A DNA stretch of 61,607 bases, the filler included, from Collodictyon triciliatum (lineage: Eukaryota): the NCBI GenBank assembly GCA_043381765.1. It is 6 parts of 6 records of this genome, joined end to end, with 100 filler letters (N's around TTAATTAATTAA, not from the genome) between each part and the next. Parts side by side here need not be neighbours in the genome. Positions count along the whole stretch, not along the records: positions 51,725 to 61,607 come from JBHJMP010002867.1; 5 more parts are not named here. The stretch is one strand, 5' to 3'. Below are positions 51,725 to 61,607 of the stretch, one piece after another (the stretch's first letter is position 1; every line of letters starts with the position of its first letter). Made by a program: the position numbers and the translations under genes. Below the pieces are notes generated by a model. The model did no database searches. It was not told the DNA's origin and saw only the letters and a list, made by a program, of their open reading frames with translations.

Positions 51725-54142
51725 TAATTCCTTAAAATTCATAGTAACAGCGAATTGAATAGTCAGCTAAAGCTTCGATAAAAAATAAAAAAAGGGATAT
51801 TTCATATAATGTGGATGCATGGCCAACGATGCTTTGCGACAGAAAGGCTCGGAAATCCGGAAGACCCCAGCTCTCCTTGGCTCGCGAATAGTTGTAATGA
51901 TAAGGGCCCTAAAACCTTTGCAGGAAGGAGGAATAGTTGAATTTAATTCTTATTTGGATATGTAAATAAGTTTTCATGTGTTTTGAGTTTTGAGTTTTGG
52001 TGCGCAACATAACCTAGGGATTATGCTGGGCAAGACTAGAGCCAGTCACATAAAGTTTTGCTGAAGGGACTCATATTTGGCCCGTTCTTGTTTCTTTCAT
52101 TTAATTTTTTGCCAGCTGTTGATAGACTACCCCATTCTCGATCAAGTCTTTTGACTTTCTGACATAGGTAAAAGACTTGCTTAGGTGTAAACCTCCGCTT
52201 TTTGTAAAAAAAAAAAAAGAAAATAAATGTATGTTTTCATGTTGTATTATTCAGTTTGCTTGACCTTATGTTGATCGGTGGCTTTTTTTTTTTGTGTTTT
52301 GTTAAAAATAATAAGTGTCCAGGCAAAAGGGATTCAACAGATCAGTTATGTTGTGCTGGTCTTTAACTTTTGTTCTTGGCCGTCTGTGTGCTTTCGTTGG
52401 TGGGAAAGTGCTGGTTGAGTGATCTGCTATATGCCCAGGTGAGCCGGTTTTCTTTTCGTTTTTTGTTTTTTGTTTGTTTCTATTAAAAATGAGTCGGAGT
52501 TTGGAAGAAAAAGAAAAGACATAGGTAAATTTAGTTTTCTTATTACGAACTCTAGTCGCGCAGAAAAATCCAAAGCAAAAATCATAGGAAAAATGCTGCA
52601 CGGAGCGAAGGGGAAAAAATGGGGCTAGTGTTTTGGTTAACTGAATAAGCGGTTTAGTGACTATCTCCAAAGTGAATAGCTTGGAATAGATATGATATCC
52701 AGCATAGCTCCCCATGCCGTTACTTTTTGCCGCGAAATGAAAGAAAGATTCATTGATTATGTCTTAACATGTACAATTTTTTATGAATTATACATAATTT
52801 GTCGCGAAAATAAATCGATTCTTGGTCGATTCTTTTTTTTTAGAAACAACCTTTGAACAGAAGGAAATATTACAACTGCACATAATAAAATGCGTACCTA
52901 TGGAAAGTATATTAACATTATCATTATCATTCATATATCAAAACACAAAAACACCAGAACATCGCATTGTATTAGTTGAAGAGAAAAGCAAATTGTGCGC
53001 ATCAAACGGCCCACATATCGACCTTATCCATTCATATATCTGATGGAAAGGGATGCAGTCCGTGACCTAAAAAACCAGTGAATCAAAGCACTTTGATATA
53101 TTCCACTGCTGATTGTTGCTCTTGAAAGCACTGCAGGCACATATCGCTATTGGAATCCAAAGTCTAGTTTAATAGCTTGTTACTTTTTCCTTCTTTTCTT
53201 TCTTTTCTTCAATAGTTTATTCATCAAACATATCGCCAAAGATGAATACAGTTTCTTTTTTATTCTATGTTTTTTTGAAAAGGCTGATATTTGATGCGGG
53301 GTTAATTGACGCGGGCCTTTCGAGTATCTTTACTGACCCATTATAATGGCTTACAAAACCCAGCACAAAGCCAAGGTTTATGCTATAATGTTACTTTTTT
53401 TTTAACTTTTCAAAAGGTATATGTGATATTGTTGGATATTCTGAAAAAATAATAACTTATTAGATCACTGCTAAAAATCTTTTTTTTTTGTAAGTTACTG
53501 ATCTCATACTGTCGCTAAGGTCAATGTGGCTCTTTGATTTTTTTCCTTTTATATTTTGTTTAAAGAAAGTGTTTTATTATGATTCTACAGCCCGCCCTAG
53601 TTGTTGCACCTTGGTTGAAAGCACGAACGCGTTTTGGATTCATATGCAGGTCGGTGTAGTATAGAAACAAAATTCATGACTCATCTAAATATATATCTAT
53701 TGTGGGTCGAGCTTCATACAATCCTTAAAAGCTGTAACTACCAAAGGCCTGACTTGGATTCAATCCGAGGCCTAACTTCCGGCAAGTCCAAATGACGCAG
53801 CTGATTTAAATCAGACCATTAATGCGCAACTTGCAGACGCAACATGTGAAAGTCGCTAATTTTATTTAAAAAAAGAACATTCAATTTGTATATAGTGCTA
53901 TATTGCAATTTCTTGTATCGTTATTTGATTGTATGCCTTTAGCCTGTGATAAATATATGTATCTGAACTATGCTGACGCACTACGACCCATTTCCTGAGT
54001 AACCTCATTACACCATTTGTTGCAAAGCTCTGTTTAAGTGCATCGTTCAAAGAATCTATCGCGTTCGATTAATTTATTTTTCCACGAAGCCGAAGTCAAA
54101 GCCAATTTACTTTGCTAATAAACCCATATTACCGGGCCATTC

Positions 54143-54859
54143 TTTGCTTTTTTATTTTGTTTATTTTTCTTTGCGTGTGGAGATGGAGTTCTTGTCTCCA
54201 AGGCGCCAGCCTTCTTTTGCACTAGCGCTACTTGATGGCCGGGTGGCGGAGAAGTTGATAATCAGGAATTGCATCCTGCGGTTTGGCTTGTGTTCTGGGT
54301 CTTGTGCTTGCATGAGGAGATACAAGACGAGGTTTAATATCTTTCTCAGCTTCTTTCCACGTGTGTCTCTTCTCACAGGGTCTGAGTAGTAGAGGACGTG
54401 CAGGTGGCGAAGAAAGCTGTTGAGGAAAGAGATTTGTATGATGTCATCCAGTCTATTATCAGGAATGGGTGGCTGGTTGTTAAGTCTTGCTTTGCGTGAG
54501 TATATGCGCGCTATCCACATAGTCCATACCAAATTTCCTCGCGTCACTGCCCAGAGTGTTTTCGCATCCGGACGCAGTTGTTGCAGAGGCCCAAATATCG
54601 CCTGGATTGAACAAACAGCTGCAGTCGTCTTGAGTGTCAGTCGAAGAATCTCACCGGCTGTTTCGCGCAGGTTTTGAGCGAAGGGACATTGCACAAATGT
54701 GTGCTCGATGGACTCATCATTGTTGCTGCAAAGTGTGCATTCTTGGGAGACTTTGCCAGCTTTTGCCGCGTGTCTGTCTATCCATAGCTCCCTATTAATG
54801 AGATGGCATTAGAGAGCGGTGATTTGGAAGGACTTGCGAGGTTCGTGCTTGTCTCCAGC
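54143..54859 (-). mobile_element. 5'-truncated L1/Tx1-type LINE 3' end, copy 2
   Basis: CTLCSNNDESIEHTFVQCPFA (CxxC..H..C knuckle) and LVWTMWIAR. The ORF ends at 54161 in an A-rich tail. Similarity to copy 1 stops abruptly after gtctccagc at 54859. Confidence 0.88.
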
Positions 54860-55233
54860 ACTCGGTGGGAAGCCTCATCTATGTACATATATCTCTAAAC
54901 ACATAAAGCGTCAAAATAACGCAATACGGCCGCACTTTAAACCTTTGATTGTTAATACTATATCTGAGTCATAGTAGGATGTTAATGGAACCCACTGTGT
55001 ATATATCGCGATATGAATCAACAGGCTGAATAGATAGGATATGAAAGAAAAAAACAAAGAAAGGATCGACAGCAACCAAAAAGCAAAAGCAAAGATTTTT
55101 TTCCTTTATTCGATTCAAAGTGTAGCGAGGTTATAAGCAAAAGCAAAGATAAAACGCAGCAGATTGTTGAAGTTTTTTTTTTTTTTTTTTTGCGTGCACC
55201 CAGAGCTAAAAAAAAGTGCAAAANNNNNNNNNN

Positions 55234-55264
<31 letters not shown>

Positions 55265-55279
55265 TTTTTTTATTTTTTT

Positions 55280-55316
<37 letters not shown>

Positions 55317-57496
55317 GTGCACTCAGAGCTAAATAAAAGTGCAGAAATGGCAGGGTTGAGAGGCTGATGTAGAAAAAAAATGCATCCAACACGCGCCGCA
55401 AGCTGCACTACCCAGATTGCCAGCAGCTCAAACAATCTTAAAGTCGCAAGGTAATTACCTGTATCATTTAATAATTTTTGACGCAAATACTCCCAGATTC
55501 TGCAACACAAACCTCCTAAACCCCAACCGCTCTGTTCGACTCCATTGAGTGGCAACGAAGAAAACCCCTCATCCAAACATATCTATTCGCTGCTCATTTT
55601 ATGCATATTTTCTAAACTGTCGCTTTTTTAAACATTTTTTTTGGTTGAAAACTTGCATATTTTGCATGGAAAAATACTGAAGATATCGAAGGCAAGGATA
55701 ACCCGGCGCTTTTTCCTCTTGGGCGATGATAGAACACCAAAGATTTTGCGATTGACAATATATGCATTGTTTATTGTGTAGAAAAATGCTTAATGAAAAA
55801 ATGGTTTGTCTAGGCGACCGTGAGAATGATAAAAGAGGAATTTGTAATATACTCTATCAGGTCAGCTTAAGAAGAGCTGACAATATATTAGTTCTGGAGA
55901 AAAATAGATACAGTGATCGGTTGCTCCATTTTTCGTCAACGTTAGAAGAGAGCATCCCACTGCCCTGCTTTAAACAGAATGCATAAACTCGCGTCGATGT
56001 TGGTTCACTATCTCTTCTATTTATTTTTTGTCTTTTCTTCGAGTGCCAATAATGGGGATTTTTTTACTTATGTTTATCAATCTATTGACGATGCACAACC
56101 TTAGGTTTCTCCGCATCTCACAACGAAATAATCTACCTGACTCTTTATTAACATTAGATATGTGGTTAATGAATAATGGTAGAAATGAGACTGTCATATC
56201 TAATATTGCGTTATGAGGAGAGCTATAAGGAACAATAACAAACAATGGAGCATAGTCCCAGGTTACAATGCTATCGTGGGAAACACATTCGATAAGGATG
56301 AGGCATGTAAGAAAAGTAATAGGGAGACATCAGCGAAGCAAAGAAAAATTCTTAGAGAGGAACAAAGAGAGCAGATAAGAGAAAAAGATCGAGAGCACAA
56401 AGCGAATAAAAAGAAAAAACTTATTCAAACATTATATTCAGAATACTGAAACACCCAAACGCTGAAATAAGGTATATAGCATGTTTACGAGAAGAAACTG
56501 AATCTTCAAACTTCCTTCTGTTCGTGTAATCAGTCATGATGGACACTCAGGAGGCAGAGAGAACCAAACCATCAGATTTTATCAGGAAATGAAATTGTAC
56601 AGGGTGCATATTTGTTGGAGACCTTGTATCATAGTTTGATGGCATATTTAACAAGACAATCAAATATCAGGGAGTACCTTTGCGAAGCCACGCTTTTCTT
56701 CTGATATGAAGATGTTTTTCAGCAACAGTCACAAGGGGACATATGCTGTAGTCCTTGTGGAGTGCGCGCATTCTCTCGCTCTAATGACTCGTCCGAACGA
56801 GAAATCAATGTATCCAGGCTTGAAAGCCTCGAGCAATACAGCTTCCTGAACAGCCTGCTGAAACACGCCTGGATTATCCGCTACTCTGACTGCAAGCGAA
56901 GAGAGATGTGAGAATGTGTCGTGCGATACCTATGTCCCGCGTATTCTCATTAGTCACGAGGTTGGTAGTGCGAGATGAGAGCAAAGACCCACTTATGATT
57001 TTACATGAACCGCATGACTATAATCCTGGTCAAACAAAAAGTTTCGTGCGCATGGTATCTAATCGAAATTGCTCCATTTATGTATTATTTCTTTGTATTT
57101 TAAAAGGTAAACCCAAATGAAGGGGAAAAAATGCCAACAGCAACAAAGCGCCATTTTTCTCTTCGTTTTGCGAAATGGCTATCTAAAAAAAAAAATAGTT
57201 GCGAAGAAAACAATAGCATACACCACCAGCTCGACTGCCCACCAAAGACACATACTTCATCTTAGCGATTAAGAATGAAAACAAAAATCCCATCAAGCTC
57301 TTCTCGAACATGCCTAATAAACTCAAAAAAAAAATGAAAACGAAAATAAAATGAGAGTTGAGTAGCAAAAAAAAAAAAGCTTTTATAAGACTAGAAAAAT
57401 AATTGCTCAACTTTCTACTTCCTTTAATTTAACTACCTGCAGCTGCTTCGTCCGCCTACAATACGAGCCCTCCAGCTTTCCGACCATTTCAAAGTC

Positions 57497-59086
57497 ATGA
57501 TGAAGAAAGTTTCCAGCCAACAACCCATGGAGGTATGGATGACCACTAACCAGGAAACTGTTTCAGCAAACAGCCAAGCGAAGCCAACCCAGTCAGGGTT
57601 CAGCTCCCTCTTCGTCAGGAGTCCTGCGATCAGCTTACCAAAAAGTGAAAGCAAACTTCATAGACATGGGGAGTGTGATTCTCCGAGAAAGGCGGAATCA
57701 TCTTCTACTAAGGGCAATCATGATGCTAACATCCAAGTAGATGAGAGTGCTCAAGCGGACAGAGCCTCACATCACGAGCATCCCAACACACCACTTCCAT
57801 TACGACCGTATGCAACTTTCCTGTTCATCAAGATGCAAATATTCGTATTGATTACGCTACTAGTTATGTTTTCCATTCCTGTAGAACCATATGAGTCAGT
57901 TCGCCTATTCAACCGTAGCTTTTGGCTTTTGCTTGGATTTGTTGGAATTTTGTCCTTTGCCACTGTTTTGTTTCAGATAGAGCTCGTCATACGTTTGTGC
58001 AACCTCTACCACCTTGAAGAGCCACCTTCTTCATTAAAAATTATCTCCTTATGTTTGGCTCCACAAATATGCCTTTGGATGACATTGAATTTCTGCATCG
58101 TCATCATGCTCCTCTGTGGTGTGTTCCCTTTGCCATTCTACGGTATGTTTTTCGGTGGTTTCGGTACTGTGTTTGTAGCAAATCTCGCCCTTTGGAAAGC
58201 TATGGTTCTCATCTACCCAGAAGTCGACACAAATCATGTGAGAAGGTCTATTATTTTTTCTTGTAAAGTTCTTGTGGCTCCGTTAATTGCCTTTCTGATG
58301 GAAGCTCCCTTTATTTTGGGCATATACCTTTTAGACTCCAGGATGCAAATGCTGGTGATTTTTGGTTTTCAAGTGATGAACTTGGCTGTAAAATTTTTCC
58401 TTCGCCTTGCATTTCGAAAAACCGGTCCCTTATTCGGGCTAACAACACATTCGTGTAATCTTTTGATTTTGTCTTCAAATGTGTATATGGAGTTTGTCCT
58501 TCAATTTTATGTTAGTGTTGTTTCTCCAAACATTAAAGACCCAAAGGTCTATGGTTTCTTTTTTGCGGTGGAAGCCTTTTCGTTGGCTCTCAATCCAATC
58601 CTAGACAGTGATACCGTCAGAACGTTTGCACGGCAATCACTCAAGAAAGTAATACCTTCCGAATCAGATTTCATCGATAAAAGTCTTACGATAGGCACTA
58701 TGGAGGGTAGGGTTTTTTCGATTCAAAATGTGGCATCGTGCTTCTTCGTTCGGATTACCTCCTCTGTTTGTTACATGTTCCTTGCTACTTTTATGTTTTA
58801 CGGCTTCAATAAGAATGCCTTTGTTAATGCAAACGACATCACCATGACGGAATATCGATTTAGCATGGGTTATTGCGCCTGTAGTATCGTACTAGCCGTC
58901 GTGCAGTTGATAGTTACCATCAGAGTATTGTACTCTTTCTATCGCATTGACATGGGTATTGTTTGGGAAAAGATCTTCCATGAAAATTTCTTTGGCATGT
59001 ATTCTGGTATAGTCCTTGTATTTTGTCACGTAATCGCAACAATTAGTCCACAATTTTATGGATTGGCTTTTTTAATCAGGGAATAA
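57497..59086 (+). CDS. Intronless multipass membrane protein of unknown function (529 aa)
   Basis: Long uninterrupted ORF with about 100 aa of disordered N-terminus followed by roughly 9-11 hydrophobic segments. Confidence 0.85.
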   Translation: MMKKVSSQQPMEVWMTTNQETVSANSQAKPTQSGFSSLFVRSPAISLPKSESKLHRHGECDSPRKAESSSTKGNHDANIQVDESAQADRASHHEHPNTPLPLRPYATFLFIKMQIFVLITLLVMFSIPVEPYESVRLFNRSFWLLLGFVGILSFATVLFQIELVIRLCNLYHLEEPPSSLKIISLCLAPQICLWMTLNFCIVIMLLCGVFPLPFYGMFFGGFGTVFVANLALWKAMVLIYPEVDTNHVRRSIIFSCKVLVAPLIAFLMEAPFILGIYLLDSRMQMLVIFGFQVMNLAVKFFLRLAFRKTGPLFGLTTHSCNLLILSSNVYMEFVLQFYVSVVSPNIKDPKVYGFFFAVEAFSLALNPILDSDTVRTFARQSLKKVIPSESDFIDKSLTIGTMEGRVFSIQNVASCFFVRITSSVCYMFLATFMFYGFNKNAFVNANDITMTEYRFSMGYCACSIVLAVVQLIVTIRVLYSFYRIDMGIVWEKIFHENFFGMYSGIVLVFCHVIATISPQFYGLAFLIRE

Positions 59087-59292
59087 ACCAAGGTATGTGT
59101 ACATTAAAAATTCTTGCTGCCGAATGGCTAGGTCAGCCTAATCATATAACACAAATGAGTATACAAAAACACCTACCATGTGATATGATGGACAGAAGGC
59201 AACTCAATCTTCAATTGTAATAATAATGATGTGTTATTGATTTATAGTTTGGTTTAGGCGATAGTGCATAATCAAGTGAAAGGCTTTGACGC

Positions 59293-59293
59293 A

Positions 59294-59391
<98 letters not shown>
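59293..59391. repeat. (AAAG)n microsatellite
   Basis: Perfect tetranucleotide run. Confidence 0.95.
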
Positions 59392-59392
<1 letters not shown>

Positions 59393-59565
59393 GATAGACT
59401 TTTGGGAATAATAGTGTGGATTATGATAAATTCCCTTGAATCGAATATAAGGGGAAAAATATTGAGGTTGACAATAAGGAGAAGTAATTTGTCTCAGGAT
59501 ATGGAAAAGAACAATCATTTTTATATTTAAAGCATTCAGAAAGCATAATCATGGAGTCTTGATGC

Positions 59566-61418
59566 TCAAATATAGTCCTTGGTTTGTTCTATGGAAGTTG
59601 CTAGACGGTGTATAGAGCCAATAAATGCGTTCATCTGGGAAGTATGTTTCTGAATTGCCTCATTTAATCCACATAGAGAATTATTGATTGCATCCAAGCC
59701 TGATAAAATGGCTTCTGTTTCGACCTAGAGAGATAAATGGACTGGTCAAAGAAGGACTAAAATACACTGAAAATATCTAAATAAAGTTTATAAAGAGTAT
59801 GAAATAGTCTTTTCTGGTATTTACATGATTGTCTTGGTGGTGGTTTGGATTGCCTGAACATTTGTCATGACGATTATGGTCCATTTTGTTTTGACATGTT
59901 CAATTGATGGAGTATTAGATGGGGTTGCATCAAAACAATCACTTGTGCTCATATGTCTCAAATCCCATTATAATTCATGGGGGAAATGTAATCAAAATGT
60001 TCCTGCTCAAATTTTGTTAATGACAGTACCCTTTCTTGCAATCTTGTATTCTTCGCCTCCGTTCGATGATTTTTCGTTTCCTTGAAAAAAAAAAAGTACC
60101 GTTTTGAAAATGAGACGCACGTGAAATGGGTTGAAATGATAGACATAGATAGCTGAATTTTCATGTTTCAATTAATCTATTACCACTTCTTTCCGTGCTG
60201 GAAAAGATAAATCCAAGCTCATTTGTTCGGTAGTGGTCAGAATTATGAGTCATTGACCGAGAGTCATGACCAAACTCATTTTTGTGTATTTTGCGCTTCT
60301 TTAGTATTGGCATTTGATTTGGTTATAAAGCGAGAATTTTAATATCCCATAAACTGAAATAGAAAAAGAACTATGTTCAAGAAAGGCTGCATAGTAAATG
60401 AATATGAACAGCTGTATAAACAGATAATCAGCGACTGATTTCCCTTAACGTTTTTTAAAAGAACATTTATATTGATAGGCTAGTTTAAATTATTATTTCT
60501 TTTTTTTTCTTAAAAAAAAAAAAAGAGGCCACATGACCATACCTTTGATCTCTCCTTCATGTTTTGCCATTTTACTTGGCATTGTCGCGCAGTTCGATGG
60601 TATCCTTCCTCCTTCAACAAAGCAGATATATGCTCCCAAACCTCCGTCACTTGGTTGTATTTAATGCAAGAGCAAGATAAACTTCTTTGGGAGACCAATC
60701 TCTTAGCCTTTCTGTTTGTCCATGGAATGTAATGCCTCATCACAATAGAGTATAAGATTCTGTTTTTTTTTTTTTTCAAAAAAGATATTAGCAAACTATA
60801 CAGCATACAGACTATATAAAAATACTTCGGGGTCCCTTTTAAGAAAAAAAAATAAATATTCGTCTCAAGTTGGATTTTGTATATTTTGAAAAGGGATATA
60901 CGAATCGTTTTCAAAATATCTTTTAACATTATCATCTGCCAATAAAGAGCTGAAATCATCAGTGATATTATACTTGGACTCCTCCTCGCCCCAATATGAC
61001 TCTCTCGCGCGATTTTCAGCAATATCATCACATTCATATTGGTCTCCGCCTAAAAGAAATTAATTTTAACGCATATATCATACTGAAATCAAACCACCAT
61101 AAAGAGCTCAATAATACAATGATAGTATAAAATGCAATTGCAAGGTTTCAAAGCTGCTTATGTTCGGACAAGGCGCTGCTTCGTACTTCTTTTGTAGGGG
61201 TCGGATATTTGAAGGGCTCTTTGGGTCGAAGGAAGAGAAAGACTTGTGGTTGACTGAGAAGCATGGACAAGGCCCTCGATCGGCTCCAAAATCTGTAAGA
61301 AGGACTCAGAGTCGGAAACCTGGTGGATTCGTGTCGACTGGGTGTGACGATCATTCGGGTGCTGTTCCAGTCGAAAGTTGATCAATTGTGCTTGGAACGT
61401 ACTGTCTCGTTTAGCCAT
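59566..61418 (-). pseudogene. Trihelix / Myb-SANT-like DNA-binding protein gene with an apparent frameshift; 5' end uncertain
   Basis: VWEHISALLKEEGYHRTARQCQVKWQNMKERSK|gt matches the trihelix (GT-1/MADF-like) helices 2-3. Helix 1 (DWSPKEVYLALAL) is in a different frame. The last exon, VETEAILSGLDAINNSL..TKDYI then TGA, is coiled-coil-like. Confidence 0.65.
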
Positions 61419-61607
61419 GGCCTTAGAGTGATGCAGAATGGTGTGAAGGAAATCGCTTTTTTAATATATTCTTTGTTTTGTTGTCTTTTTCTTTTTCTTC
61501 TTTTTCTTTTTGTTTTTTTGTTTTTTTGTTTTTTTGTTTTTTTGTTTTTTTGTTTTTTTGTTTTTTTGTTTTTTTGTTTTTTTGTTTTTTTGTTTTTTTT
61601 TTTTTTT

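Noticed and set aside
53745-53814. Small hairpin (ggcc..ttggatt c aatccga ggcc) and palindrome CTGATTTAAATCAG as a Helitron end or ncRNA
   Set aside because: Both are short, the hairpin is imperfect, and there is no second copy or associated element features.
55186-55345. Direct repeat TGCGTGCAC(C/T)CAGAGCTAAA..AAGTGCA on both sides of a 10-N gap
   Set aside because: Most likely overlapping contig ends or two haplotypes left unmerged at homopolymers.
55900-56900. Possible minus-strand exons (e.g. VRVADNPGVFQQAVQEAVLLEAFKPG)
   Set aside because: I could not assemble a stop-free spliced model or recognise a family.

Overview
AT-rich, microsatellite-laden, intron-rich eukaryotic nuclear DNA, most likely from a flagellated protist. 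It uses the standard genetic code and GT-AG introns. The window is not one locus. Five identical 100-nt spacers (44 N + TTAATTAATTAA + 44 N) join six separate scaffolds of about 9.9 kb (one is 11.6 kb), so genes are cut at the joins and adjacency across joins means nothing. Genes reconstructed by manual splicing: a LIN-9/ALWAYS EARLY (DREAM/MuvB) homolog with an N-terminal SANT-like domain, an MpaB/Lcp-type oxygenase, a FYVE terminal exon, PPIP5K/Vip1 with an unexpected N-terminal membrane anchor, a secreted GH81 glucanase, an ankyrin-repeat polycystin-2-like channel, a PX + degenerate EF-hand protein, VPS29, a GT77-type glycosyltransferase, an intronless GC-rich beta-tubulin, an exon-modular helical repeat protein, an intronless HMG-box factor, an intronless multipass membrane protein and a frameshifted trihelix/Myb-SANT gene. 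There are also three fragments of L1/Tx1-type LINE retrotransposons. The most unusual observations are a sharp G-ending to C-ending synonymous codon switch in the middle of beta-tubulin, the ankyrin-TRPP fusion and the membrane-anchored PPIP5K. All family calls come from motif recognition; no database search was run.
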